Part shown: positions 24,325 through 37,545 of the stretch, in pieces
How positions within the stretch are numbered: position 1 is the first letter of the stretch
Layout: each line of letters starts with the position of its first letter
NCBI GenBank assembly: GCA_043228905.1
Contig: JBHGNT010000022.1
Location: 9,238,001 to 9,302,000 of the forward strand
From: Azolla caroliniana
Taxonomy: Eukaryota > Plantae > Polypodiophyta
Reading direction: 5' to 3'
DNA length: 64,000 nt
Notes under the pieces: generated by a model
The model's database searches: none
What the model saw: only the letters and a program-made list of their open reading frames with translations
What the model was told of the DNA's origin: nothing
Program-made: the position numbers and the translations under genes

Positions 24325-26994
24325 TCATTGTTCACCCAAATTGTCCAAAATACTTTGTTCCAGAGTTTCCAATTGTTCTTCCGGTTGTGGTTGTTGCGGC
24401 TGTGCTTGCTGCTGCTGCTGTTGTTGCGGTTGGAACTGAGACTGCTCCGGCTGCTCTATAGGCGGCTGCTCCGTTTGTTTCTCTGACTCCGGCACCCCCG
24501 TTTGACTGCTTCCGGTCCGGTCTCCTTCCAGTAACGGTTCCTCATCACTGAGGTTGACCGTTACTGGTTCTCGTGCTTTCTCTTCCCGGATCCGGGACCT
24601 CTCGTAGCTTTCAAACTGGATCTGCGCCTCCAGCCTGTCGTCGTCCAGCTGAGCTACAAGTTGCCGGACTTGCCCTAGTTGGTCCTCTGCCAAGGCTTGA
24701 AAGTCTTCGGCCAGCTCATCTCTTATGCCGGTGAAGTCTTCGGAAGTCAGCATATAGCAATCATCTCCCTCCTTCCGCCGGTTCTCTACGTCGGCCTGGA
24801 GCAATTGGAGTTCCACCGCGTTCGGGGCCCACTTGGTCCACCATTTGACGGAACCGTTGTCAATCAAGCTCTTGGTCTGGTTCAACCAGGCCCGCATGAT
24901 ATCCTGGATGCGACTTGCTCCCATTTGCGCTCTACTTTCCACAACTTGTCGTTCCTCCTTCAATTGCTTGATGAGATTAGCCGTATCCTCCGCCTGCTCT
25001 CTGTAGCGCGTCAGCTGCCCTTGATATGTTGTCTGCAGCCTCTGCAGTACCTCCGCCGCTCTTTCTCTTTCCGCCTGCTGTTGCCTGAGGAGCTCTGTCC
25101 GAACCTTCTCCGCCTCTTCCAACCGTCTTCTGGTTTCCGCTTGTTCATTAGCGTATGCCGTTGCGGTCCGATCAACTGCTTGCCGGAGCTCATCCGTCCG
25201 TTCCTTGTGCTCCGTTTGCAACCGTTTATACTCCCGGTGCAAGTGCTCAAATTCCTCCGTTTTTTGTTTGAGCTTGCCGTTGATCTGGCGATGGTTCCGG
25301 TCCTCCCGGTCCTTTAGCTGCCGGAGTTCCTCTTTCAGGCGCTCTACTTCTGTTTCGGCGTTTCTCCGGAGCCTATCCTTCTCTTGCAGCATTTTCTCCT
25401 TTTCCTCCTTGAGCCGGTCGTACGCTTGGTGGCCTTTTCGTAAGCTCTCCTCGGCCCGGCGTAGATTCTCAGTAGTCTTTTTGAGTTCTGCCTCCGCTGC
25501 CGTCTTCAACTCTCTTTCGCGGCTCCTCAGCGCTTCTTGGGCAGCTAGCTCATCCTTTAAGTCCGCAAGCTCTTGGGCTTGTGCCGCATTTCTCTCCGGA
25601 ACGGTTTCCGTTGCCGGGGTCTGATTGCTATGTACAAGTTGATTTGACGCTTTATTCTGTACATTGCCCGGAGTCACCGGTGCTTGGACTTGTGTTGTCA
25701 AAGCCAATTGAGCCATTTCCCTTGTGACCCTGTCCAAGTCTTGTTCAAGGCTCCGGATTCTGGACCGGGCCGTCTCTAGATCTACGGTTGTGACGAGCAA
25801 CCGTTCGTGGTGCGCTCTCTCCTCCGGCTCTATGTACTCGACCGCTCCGGCGATCTGCTCGCCTACCCACCGTAGCCACATGCTACTGGTGCCTTGTTGC
25901 TGTACTGGTCGGGTCGGCTCGTTCACTGTGGAATTGTCTGGCCTGAGTGCCTGTATCTGCCGTTCTGGTTCTACTCCTTGGCCGCTGTGTGTGCTGGCTG
26001 GGCTCGCCGGCTGTTGAGTTCCGGTTCTCGCCGTCTCCGGAGCCGTTGGAATGACTTCTTGTATAGAAGTCGACAAGGCCGGTTCTATACGCACCGGTTC
26101 CGGTTCCTCCCTTGTGGTTTGCTCAGGTTGAGTTGGGGGCGTTTCTTCCTTTTGCGGGTCCGAACGCTCCCCCGTTGTCCCGGCGGTCCTACTTCTTGAC
26201 CGTCGTTGGAGGTGCTCTACTGGCTCCTCCGTTTCCTCTTCCTGGGTAACGGCATGTATCTGTGCCGTCAAGGGTTCTGGTTCCTTCTGTCCCGGTCGCC
26301 GTATGGTTATCTTAACGGGTCGGACCGGTGACACCTCCTCCGGTTCTGGGAGCCGTTTCTTCCCTTTCGTCGCCTTCGACGCCAGCAGCTACTGTCGTTT
26401 GGACGTGGGTTTCGAGGTGCTTCCTTCCGATAATCTTGGCCGCTTCTTTGGCTGGACGGTCTCGACCGGCGGCGCGAGCAATGTTATCCACTGAGCTACG
26501 GCATGCCACAGCTTCCGGCCCTCCTTGCCGTCCTTTCCTCGTACCGTGTCGATTGCCGCGCACAAACCGTCTGCAATCAACACCGGCCAATCCACCTTGA
26601 TCCCTTCATAGGTGGCTATGATCATCCCTGCCCGATTTTTTGGCATGACAGGGGGTCGGGGGTACACGTGGCCGTACTCATGGAGCACTCGAGCTATCTC
26701 CCTGAATAGCGGATCTTCGCCGCCCTGCGTTCGATAGCCTTTGCCGGCTAGAGAGTACTCACCGAAATATCGGATGAGTTGCTCCAAGGTTGGGTTATCG
26801 ATCTGAAAAATACCTCCCTCCGGAAGGCCTGTTAGCGCACGGATCGCTTCCTCGGTGATGACTTCTGTGTCGAGCTCCTTGATGACCCGGTCGGCTTCTT
26901 TGTGCGGTGGTGCCTCCATGATGGTCAAGAACCCATCCAGTCCGTGTTGCCTGAGCCATTTCTTGGCCGCTTCCGACAGCGTTTGTGGGTCCAT
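24325..26994 (-). CDS. Extra ORF (~890 codons, one internal TAG at 26389-26391): globular N-domain, Pro/Glu linker, long coiled coil
   Basis: ORFs 26389-27294 and 24325-26334 are in frame. Copy 2 reads KRQQLLASKATKGK through the stop and shares the MDPQ start. Heptad-rich E/K/R/Q region of ~400 aa. Confidence 0.8.
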
Positions 26995-26999
26995 GTGTG

Positions 27000-27321
27000 C
27001 TTCGAGGTCGAGGAAAGATGGCGAGATAGAGTGGTGATGAGAGTGAGAGTGAGAGAGAGAGAGTTCCGAACGTGGGGGTTCTCTGAGTGCAGGTTCGCGT
27101 TTGCTAAGCTTCCACTGCCTTGGTGCTTCTGTGCTTCTTGGCTCACGAAATGTAAAGGTCTCCATGCGTTCTGCTTTTTCTCTGTGCGTCTTGGCGCCTT
27201 TTTCGAGCATGCGCACATCGTGTACCAATTTAGTATTAAGTAATGTGGCGGCTCTTAAATGCCCACTACGTACCTTTTCGCTCCTTGCTTTCACGTCCGT
27301 TCATACCTCGATTTTTAATGA

Positions 27322-27364
<43 letters not shown>

Positions 27365-27372
27365 TATATAAA
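27000..27372 (-). promoter_or_regulatory. Putative internal promoter/leader of the extra ORF
   Basis: Minus strand: (TA)n plus poly-A tract, conserved GGTACGTAGTGGGCATTTAA (TATA-like), and a CT-rich leader before the ATG. Same layout at 61750-62128. Confidence 0.4.
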
Positions 27373-27387
27373 TGACGGTATGTGATC

Positions 27388-30300
27388 TTACACCTCCGTA
27401 GGTCCCTTCGGACCCTTACCGTTTTCCTTACGGGTTGCCGTGTCTTCCTTCGCCTCTGCTACGGGTTCCCCGTCGTCTTTTTCTTCCATCCGTACCGTTC
27501 CCGGTATAGTGCCGGTGGGCTGCATAAACGGGTTATTTGGCATCGGTCCTTTATAGGGCTTTAGTCTAAATCCGTTGACCCACTTGCCTAGCACTTCACC
27601 GGCAAGTGTCCCTAACTGATAGGACCCGTTGTATTCCCGTGTCAGCCAATACGGGCCTGTCCATCTAAACCGGAGTTTACCCGGCATCTTGCCCATCCTC
27701 GTTTGGAATACTAGCACCGGCTTTCCGATTTCGAACATCTTTTCATTACCTTTCCGGTGACGGTCAACGAACGCTTTCCGTCGTCGTTGCTCCAGTTCCA
27801 TGTGTAGGATGCTGGCCAGCCGTTGCTCCTCCAGTTCGCATAGTGCTGCTAGCCGCATTTCCTCCGACTCCTTTTCATTCAGCCGTTCCCGTAGTTGGAT
27901 CCGTAAGCTTGGTACCTGAAATTCCACCGGCATGACCACCTCTAAGCCGAACGCTAACCGGAACGGCGTTGTCCGGATACTTGTTTTGTATGCCTTTCGG
28001 TACGCCCATAGCGCGCTATGGAGCTTTGTATCCCAGTCCGTCAGGTTTTCATTGACGATTTTGCGGAGAATGTTCTGGAGCGTTTTGTTGGTTGACTCTG
28101 CTAACCCGTTTGCTTGTGGGTAGTACGGTGTGCTCCGTTTATGGACCACGGCATAGAACGTTGTTAAGCTTTCAACTACCTGGCCGAGGAAGTGCCCTCC
28201 TTGGTCGCTGATTAATTCAATCGGACATCCATATCGGCACCAAATGTTTTCGTATAGGAATTTTGCTGTGGATGACGCGGTGTTGTCTTTCAAGGCCTTA
28301 GCCTCCACCCATTTAGTGCAATAATCTGTTGCCACGATGACATAACGATTACCCGTTCTCATTGCCGGTGGCTTGAACGGTCCGACAAAATCCAACCCCC
28401 ACTTTTGGAATGGCTCTAGTGGAAGTACCGGTTGGTGTGGCATCCGTGCTTGCTCCGTAGGCTGGCCCATTCGTTGGCATAGGTCACATTCCTTAGCATA
28501 CTTGACGGCGTCTTTTAACGTCGTGGGCCACCATAAGCCGCTCTGCCATACTTTCCTTGCCGTCGCTTCCCCGGCATAGTGTCCTCCGGCAACCCCACAG
28601 TGTGCTTCCCGTAAGATTACTTGTTTCTCGTCACTACGGACTGCCCGTCTCCATATTCCATCTGCTCCCTTGTGGTAGAGAGTGTCCCGTAACAGACAGA
28701 AATTGCGGCTCTGCACCGCCAGTCGTTTCCTCTCGTCCCGGTTCATTTCCTCCGGTGGCAGGCCCGTGCTTAGGAACTGGTGCATGTTTGTCAGCCACCT
28801 ATCTTCTGATGCCACCGTGTCGTCCGCTGCCGTTTCCGGGGTGATACGGAATAACTCTGCGTCCGGGAATTCATCCGATACTCCGTCGCCTGATTCTCCG
28901 GACTCTAACCGGCTCAGGTAGTCTGCTACGGCATGCTGGATACCGGGCCGGTGGAAGATCTCGAATTCGAACTCCTGCAACAGCAAGGTCCAACGGGCCA
29001 ACTTACCGGTCAGGGACGCCTTGGACCCTAAGTACAGGAGCGCCGAGTGATCCACATGAAAGGAGAACTTCCTTCCCAATAGGTAATGACGAAACTTTGT
29101 TACATTGTAGATCATGCCCAGGGCCTCCCGTTCCGTCGTCGAATAGTTCTTCTCCGCTTGGGACAGCTTCCGGCTGGCGTAATATACCGGCCGGTACCAT
29201 TTAGGCTCCGTAAGTTGCATTAAGGCGCTGCCGATAGCGATGTCGGAAGCGTCAACGAACACATGAAATTCCTTGCTCCAATCCGGAGGCTGCACGACGG
29301 GTGCTTGCGACAAAAGTACCTTCAGGGCATTGTATGCCTTATCCTCCGTATCCGTCCATTGGAACGGTGTCCGATGTACCGCGGTGTGTAATGGTGTAGC
29401 CAAGTCAGCCAAGTGACAGAGCATCCGGCTGTGCCACCGGATCTGTCCTAAGAATCGGCTTAGTGCTTTGGCCGTTTTCGGCGCCGGTGCCCCTAGTATC
29501 GCGTTTACTTTGTCCGGGTCGACCGCAATGCCCTCCTTAGTTACAATGTGTCCCAGTAAGATTCCACTTGAAACCCCAAAGATGCATTTTGCTGGGTTTA
29601 AGCTTAGCCGGTATAACCTACACTTTTCAAGGCATAACCGTAGGTGCTACAAATGGTCTTTTTCCCGGCTATAGACTGCAAAGTCATCCAGGAAAACCTG
29701 CATGAAGGCTGGAATGTATTCGCCGAAGATCTCCATGATGATTCGCTGGAAAGTTGCTGGTGCCGTTTTTAGTCCGAACATCATTACTACGGCCACAAAC
29801 ACCCCCCATTCGGTGACGAACGCTGTCTTCTCCTGGTCGTCAGGGTGCATCCGGATTTGATTGTATCCGCTGAACCCGTCTAAAAAGCTATAAACTTCAT
29901 GGCCGGCGACGGCATCCAGTACTCCATCCGTGAACGGAAGAGGGAATGCATCCGTAATTGTGGCTGCATTTAGTTTCCTGTAATCTACACACACGCGGAT
30001 TTTACCGTTCTTCTTTGGGACGACGACGATGGGGCTCAGCCACGTCGCTTTCTTTACCGGCCGGATGAAGCCCACTCTTAGGAGTTTGTCGATTTCCTCC
30101 TTCACTTTGACGACGTAGTTGGGGTTCATTCGGTAACGTCTTTGCGCCACTGGTTTCGCGTCCTTGCCTAAGTGGATCTGATGCTGATATAATTGAGGGT
30201 CCAGCCCTCGCATGTCTTCGTATGACCAGGCAAATACGTCGCGAAACTCCGTGAGAAGTTTGATCATCGCCGCTTTATCTTCCGGCTTCATTTCTTTGGC

Positions 30301-33258
30301 GATGTGTACCGGCTTTGATTCGTCCTTGCTTCCTAGGTTCACTTCGTCGAGCTGGGATGTTTTTACCCGTTGGGAAACGGCCATTTCCCGTTCCAACGCT
30401 TCCTGTGCTTGCCGTATTTCCCGAATCGAATCTTTGTCTGGTTCGGCTTCGGTTTCGTCCCGCTGCGGCAAGTATGGCGCTACGGCTTCAGCCACGTCAA
30501 TCTCGAAAAGTGGTACGATCTTCGGGTGTTCCTCCAAGTACTGGGCTTCTTCGTCGTCTGCCAACCCTTCAAGCATGTTCACGCATTCCGCATACAGCGG
30601 TGTGCATTCCTTACCGTTGCTCGTCCGTGGTTGTGTCGGTACCCGGACCTTGGCTTTTCCGCGCCGGAAGGTAATCATATTTTTCCGCCAATTTTGCTTG
30701 ATGTGTGCTGTTTTCAACCATGGTCTGCCCAGCAACAGTGGGTACGCGCCTTGCGCCTGTAGCTGCAGCACTACAGCCGAGATGTGAAATGTGTGACCTC
30801 CTATGGTGACTTCCAATTTCCGTATTAAGCCCGTCGGCCGTACAGAGCTCGTATCCGCCATCCGTAGCCAGAACGGACATGGCTCCCATTCATGTATACC
30901 CAAGGCATCACACGTGCGGAGGCTTATTACGTTCACCCCGGAACCTCCATCGATTACTGTGCCGGGAAGTTCGTGCCCTTTGACAATAGCTGTAATCACC
31001 GGACTACTAGTGTCCACCACCGTCGGTCCCTCCTCCGGATTCGAGAAGAGGACTGGTGCCGGTGGGGCTATACCGTCTGTCATGACCGTTTTTAGTCCTT
31101 CCGTAAATCGCGGCACGAGCTGCAAGAGTCTTCCTAATGGCAACGTGATCTGACATTCTTGCAGTGCTTGCCATGTCTCGTTTTCTGCGTGGCTACCGCC
31201 GGCACTCCCTATGGTATTCGCCTTTTGCCGTTCCGCGTCCGCGACGTTCCTTTCATTGGCTTCCTTCACCCATTCCGTCGCCTGTTTTCGTATGGCCTCT
31301 TGTGTTTCCCACTCTTTGGCCATGCCTTTCGACCGTGTGGTTACTTGCTGTACATCCGCCACTTCCGGAACCACCATATTAACTGCTGGTCGTTTCTTGT
31401 AGCTCTTTGCCGGGCACTGGTTACTGTAGTGGCCTTCCTGCCTGCAGTAGTAGCAGTACTCTTTACGGGTATTGCTGGATTCAGCATTGCTGGTAGCCGG
31501 AGTCGGTCCCGTAGTGAGTGGTGCGTTCTGTGCCGATTGGCTCCTTGGGGTTCCATGTTCCAGGTCCCTAGTGTGACCACCTTTCTTGAAATTACGTTTC
31601 TTATTATTCTTATTTTTATTTCGGTAGTCCTGTCGTGGTGGATCGTAAAATCGGCCGTAGTCCTCCTGGTGCCTTCGGTAACCAGGGGAATGGTCTCTGT
31701 CGTATTGCTCGTGTCGTCTGTTGGACTCCCGATAACGGTCCGATCGCTCATACCGGTCGTAGTTATCATGCCGATCCCCGTACCGGCCATCAGTCTCTTG
31801 TCTGTCTCCGTACCGGACATCCTGTGCCGGTCGGTACCGGTTCATTCTTTGCCAACGATCTTCATCTTCGTCTCGGCTGCTGCTTGGCTCGATCCGTCGG
31901 ACGGGTGGTGCTTGTCGGTTTAGCAGGTTATACTCGCACCGGTCCGTTGTATGACTCTTGGATTGACAAATCACACACTGGGTTCGCATGGTGCACTCCA
32001 CTGCCGAGTGTCCGGCATTCAAGCAGATTGTGCATTGAATTGCCTGCCGGAACCGGAGATCTTCATCGGTGGGTAACGCCCGTTGCAGTGCTCCTAGTGT
32101 AAGCCATGAGCTTGACTTTTCCATTTCTCTGACCCGGTCAATGACCTGGTCAATGGTGCTTCCTCGAAAGTCGATCACCGTACACACCGTGCGTAACGGT
32201 TCCCGGAGTGCGTTTAAAAATATCGTCCGTAATTCCTCCTCCAGGGGTGCACGGGCAAGCTGGCTATGCATTCGTTGGAAACGGATGACGAATTGGGGAA
32301 TGCTTTCCCCTGCCTCCTGTCGGATCGTATAAAATAGGCCCACCATCGTCGTCTGGTCGACCTCCTTGTGGAAAAAATGCAAGAATTTTGCTTTTAATTC
32401 TGCAAAGGTTGTGATGGTCGCCGGGTCCTGCGTCCGCCGCCATCGTGCCGCTGGTCCTTCCAACGTGACCCCGAATTCCGCTATCTTCGAGCGTTCTTCT
32501 TCCTCCGGTGTCAATCGCTGGGACGCGTGATTTGCTTCCCATGTCTGCTCGAAGGCATGAACATGCGCTTCTGCGTCCGGATCATCGCGATACTTTGAGT
32601 ATTGGAACGGCATGTCGTCGTCTAGTATTAGGCCGCGGTTTAGTGGCGTTTGTCGATATCTTTCCGGTTTTCTCTCCTGTTCCACTTCCGGTTCTTTTTC
32701 CGGTGCTTTTTCCGGTTCCTCTTCCGGTTCTTTTTCCGGTTCCTTCACCGGCTCTTCTTCCGGTACCTTCGCCGGCACTTTCGTTGGTGTCGGTGGCTTT
32801 GCTTCTTCCAGTTCCGGTGTTGGTGGGTTGACGGCTTCCGTTTGCGGTTCCGGATAGCCCTGGTCGAACGGTTCCGGTTCTGGAGTCGGCACGGTATCCG
32901 ACCCGTCGTCCTCCGGGCCGCCGGGGGTATCGTTGCTGCTCCGGTAGTTCGTGTGCACGCTGTATCCCCCTTCGGAATCCGATTCGTAGGCTGAAAAGGC
33001 TTCTGCCTCGTTTTTTCCGCTTGCCAGCGCCTCGAGGAGGCGTTCGGTTTCCCGGAGACTACTTAGACCGCTTCCGTCGTCCTGGTCGCGAGTTTGCTGT
33101 AACCGAAGAGATTCCTCCGCGACTCTCCGGATCTCGTTGGAGAACGAACGATCCGAGCGAATTTCGTGCGCTGCTTGCTGGAAAGTCTCACGCCGTCTTT
33201 GCCGTTCGGCGAGGCGTCGAGCTCGGTCTGTAACCAGGTCGTGCGTTGGTCTAGTCAG
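27388..33258 (-). pseudogene. Gypsy gag-pol in a single frame with one premature TAG at 29647-29649
   Basis: ORFs 29647-32958 and 27388-29424 are in the same frame; copy 2 has CAG (Q) at the stop. Three CCHC knuckles; VIDGGSGVN; FLDGFSGYNQI; VFLDDF; VDASDIAIG; WGLDFVGP; QANGLAE; WTGPY. The start is inferred from alignment to copy 2 (MSRSTHD). Confidence 0.93.
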
Positions 33259-33730
33259 CCATTAAGCCGTCGTTCGCTGCGAGAAAGCAGGAATCGTGGT
33301 CGCCAAAACTGTGTTGTTCTCTGACCGGACAAGGCCTAACACAAGGTGTCGCAGAGACACTTCACCAAAGGGTGATTACGGCATAGGATTATGACTCAAC
33401 GATTACACCGACTTACGTAGGTTACACGATTAGAGCGCTTTTGTTAATTACACGCGTAAGATATAACAGTAATTACAGAACGGAAATCAACACAGAAGTA
33501 TAAACACCATACGCTCTATTAATTATCCGCTGCGATTACAATGGGCTCCGGGCCTTTAAATAGGTTTCCGGTCCGTAGTACAAAACGGTGCCTATCGCAC
33601 CTATTCGGGATCCGTCCGGATCTGGAACGGCATACCGTTTCCAGTCCGTCCGTCCATACTATGCTTATTTACAACCATACTTAATTAATTCCTTCACTCC
33701 GTATTTTGGACTCCTTGCCGGCCGGTAACA

Positions 33731-36700
33731 GTGTAACTGACTAACTGCGCGGCTGCACCGGTCCGATATAGCAGTCCGCGGTCCTTAGTGTCGCTTACGT
33801 ACCAAAGTACGCGTTGCGCACACTGAAGGTGCTCCTCGGTAGGTTGCGCTATGAACTGACTGATCACCCCGACCGGATAACTGAGGTCGGGTCGGGTGAT
33901 GGTCAAGTATATGAGGCTTCCGACAATTTGTCGGAACCTCGTCGGGTCACATTCCTTTCCCGTATCGGGACGAAGCTTAACGGTTCTGTCCAGAGGAGTC
34001 GAGACGGACTTACAGTCGGCCATCCCGAGCTTGAAGAGCATACTTAGCACGTAATGACGTTGGCTGATCAATATGCCTTCGGGGGTACGGATCACTTCGA
34101 TCCCGAGAAAGTAATGAAGGTCCCCCAGATCCTTCATGTCGAACGATGCCGCAAGCTGGAGCTTCACGCGGTCGATTTCACCTAGGTCGGCACCGGTGAT
34201 GACCAAGTCATCGACATATGGTAGAATACTAACCGGTCCGAGTCGACCTTTGCGGATGAACAGGGAAGAGTCTGATTTTGACGTGACGAAGCCCATCCGA
34301 CGCAGTTGTTGCGTGATCTTCGCGTTCCAGGCACGCGGGGCTTGCTTCAGTCCGTAAAGGGACTTCTTCAGTTGGCATACTGCCGAGGAGTTCGTTCTAG
34401 AGTAAAATCCGGGGGGCTGTACCATGTACACCTGTTCCTCAAGGTCACCTTGCAGGAACGCATTCTTTACATCCATCTGATGTAAGTGCCACCCCTTCGC
34501 CGCAACTACTGCGAGCAAAACACGGACGATCATCATTTTCGCGACCGGCGCAAACGTCTCATCGTAGTCGATGCCGTGTTTCTGCTTGTAGCCCTTTGCC
34601 ACCAGCTGAGCCTTATACCGGTTGACCAAGCCATCAGTGTTGTACTTGACTTTGTACACCCACCTACACCCGATCGGTTTGACCCCTCTTGGTGCGTTAA
34701 CTAGGTCCCAGGTCTCGTTCTCCGCCAATGCGTGCATCTCTTCCTCCATCGCGGCATGCCAATTCGCGTTTTTAGCCGCTTCTGCGTAGCTCTCCGGCTC
34801 ACGCACTTCCGCTACACGGGTCATGTACGCATAATGATGCGCCATGTACTCGTTGTATCCGAACCGCAAAACATGATTCTTCTGGCGGGTAGATCGGCGT
34901 AATCTCACATTAGCCGATGTCGAGGCCTTCTCGGTCGACGCGGTCTTCACCTTTAAAGACCCGTCACCGGTTCCCTCAGAGTCGGACTCGCATCGGTCTG
35001 ACTCGTTCCTATCCGTGCTGGAATCCGACACCTTCTTCTCCCTTTTCTCTTTGCGCGTAAGCCATCTCCTCGGCTTTTTGCGCGGGGAATGCACGGCCGA
35101 GTCTCCACTACTCGCCGGCTCTTCATCGGACTGGTCGTACCGACACAATCGTCCAATCGGTCCACTTAACCGGAGTGAAATCGGACTCTCATCGCGGGTC
35201 TCGATTTCGGGCTCATCCGGAGGCATCTCGGCCTCGCTGACCTCATCGTCAGAGCTCGGATTGGAGTCGGGGTTCGAAGTCGGGGGCTGGTACCAGGACA
35301 CAGACTCCTCAAACACAACGTCGCGGCTGACACACGCTTGTTTGGTGCAAGGGTTATAGCACTTATAACCATTCTGCTCGTCCGAATAACCGACCAAGAT
35401 GCATTTCTCGGCCTTTGCGTCCAGCTTCCTCCTTTTCTCCTTCGGTATATGCACATACACAATGCTACCGAACACCCTCAAGTGTCGCAAGTTTGGCTTC
35501 ATTCCAAAATATAGCTCGTGCGTCGACACTTTGTCTCCGATCTGGTTATGGATGTATACCGCGGTCCTTACCGCCTCGGCCTAGTAGAACTTGGGCAAGC
35601 TCTTCTCTTCCAGCATTGCCCGTGCCGCTTCCACAACTGACCGATTCTTTCTCTCGGCCACGCCGTTCTGCTCCGGCGTGTATCTACAACTGAATTCGCG
35701 GCGAATTCCCATTTGTTGTCGGTAACCGTTGAATTGACCGGAAAAGTACTCTTTCCTGCCATCCGACCGCAGGCACTTGATCTTTCGTCCCGTTTCCGTT
35801 TCCACGAACCCTTTGAGGTCCCGGAAACAGTCGAAGACTTCGCTCTTCCTCTCAATGAGGTAGATCCACGTGTGCCGCGTGTGGTCGTCGATGAAGGAGA
35901 CGAAATATCGGCTCCCGCCAAGAGTAAAGTTTTGTGCCGGCCCCCATACATCGGAGTGTATAAGGTCAAGCTTATTCCGGCTCCGGTTTCGCTCGTTTGG
36001 GAAAGGAAGTCGGTGTTGCTTCCCGAGCTGGCAGGCTTCACAAATTTGTGCCTTTCGGCCACTAAATTTGGGCAATCCGAATACTACCTGTTTCGATTGC
36101 AGATCTTGAAGCCGTTGGTGGTTGACGTGGCCTATCCGCTTGTGCCACAAGTCGATGTCCGACTCGGTCTTTTGTCCCTTCGCAAACATTGCGGTGCCGC
36201 CGTCAGTGGAGTTGAGGATGAACATCCTCCCGTCTTTGCGCCCTTGCGCAATCACACGGCCTTCTTCCTCAATGAAGCACCCGAGGTGTGTAAACCGAAC
36301 CTCCATCCCTTGGTCGACGATCTGTCCGACCGAGACCAAGTTCTTCGTGATTGTCGGAACGTGCAGCATGTTCATGAGTTTCCCTTTCTGCCCGACATGG
36401 CTAAGGGGAACTTCTCCGACATTCGCGATCGGATGCGGAGTGTCGTCTCCTGTTGCGACTACTCCAGGTTGTATCGGTTTTTCAAGGTACGAGAACCACT
36501 CCTTATGGCTCGTCATGTGGTTTGACGCGCCGGAGTCTACGTACCACACCTCGTCCGATCTCGGGGTGCTCTGTTTCATTGAATTTGCTTCGTGTCTCGT
36601 CACGAAGGTAGTCCCTTCTCCGGTTCTCCCGAAGTCTTCGGCGTAGTGCGATCGTTGCCGATTTCCCTTGTCGGTATGTCTGGAGCCATTTCCGGAACCA

Positions 36701-37545
36701 ATTCTCTCCGAATCGGCTCGCTTCTTCCAGCACTCACTTTCCCTGTGGCCTTTCTTGCCACAGTACCAACACTCTGCGATGGACTTCCCTTGCCGGTTCT
36801 CATCGCTTTGACTCCCCCTGTTTCCGGAAGGTTCGGAGTTGCTGTCGGCATCAGTTTGGTGCCTTCTTCCTTGATCTCGTCGGCCACCTCCATTGCGCCC
36901 CGACTCGCCTCGTCCTCCACGTCCACGGGGCCTATCTCCCTCCGCGTACAGCATTCTGCTGTCGGCGTGCGTGCTTGTAGATGCACCCGCGTGGTTCTCC
37001 TCTACCAGGAGCATTGACTGTAAGTCAAAAAAGGACGGCGTATTCTCCCGGGTACACACAGCTGTTCGGAACGCTCCGAACTTCGATGCCAAACCTCCGA
37101 GACAGATCTGGACCATCTCGCTCTCCTCGATGTTCACCTCTATGGAGGCGAGGGAGTCGCAGATATCCTTGATCTTCGAGGTGTAGTCCACCACCGACAA
37201 GTCGCGTTGTCGTAGGTTGCTCAACTCCTGTCGGAGCTGAAGCTTCCTGGCTGTGGTGCTCGCGGCGAAAATCTTCTTCAGATTTTCCCACACACCCTTC
37301 GGCGTCTTTGCATCCCGAACATAGCTCAATAGTTGTTCGCCCACACACGACGCGAAGTAGTATAATACTCTGCTCGCCGATTGCTCCCACGACGGGAAGT
37401 CTTTGTGTGTCGATTCGGGTGCTGCGTCATTAGCTCCTTCGACATAACTCCAGTAGTCCTGCCTGAGCAGGTACTAGTGCATCTTGTAGGACCAAGACGC
37501 GTAGTTTGTTCTGTCGAGCTTCTCTGTTGGAAGCGAGCTCGCCAT
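33731..37545 (-). pseudogene. Copia gag-PR-INT-RT (near intact, few stops), cut by the gypsy insertion at the start of RNase H
   Basis: MASSLPTEKLD; zinc knuckle CWYCGKKGHRESEC; WYVDSGASNHM; LIHSDVWGP; TPEQNGVAERKNR; HQMDVKNAFLQGDLEE; YVDDLVITG. Confidence 0.95.

Larger units (their letters stand above)
23854..33730 (-). mobile_element. Full-length young Ty3/gypsy non-chromovirus (Athila/Tat-superclade-like) with an extra 3' ORF
   Basis: 419-bp LTRs 33312-33730 and 23854-24272 with 2 differences by eye; TSD GTGTA; PBS TGGCGACCAC (tRNA-Arg type) ~33296-33305; order gag-PR-RT-RH-INT; no chromodomain. Confidence 0.97.

Noticed and set aside
24325-26994. Retroviral-type env gene
   Set aside because: No signal peptide or hydrophobic transmembrane span is visible; the protein is highly charged and coiled-coil-like.
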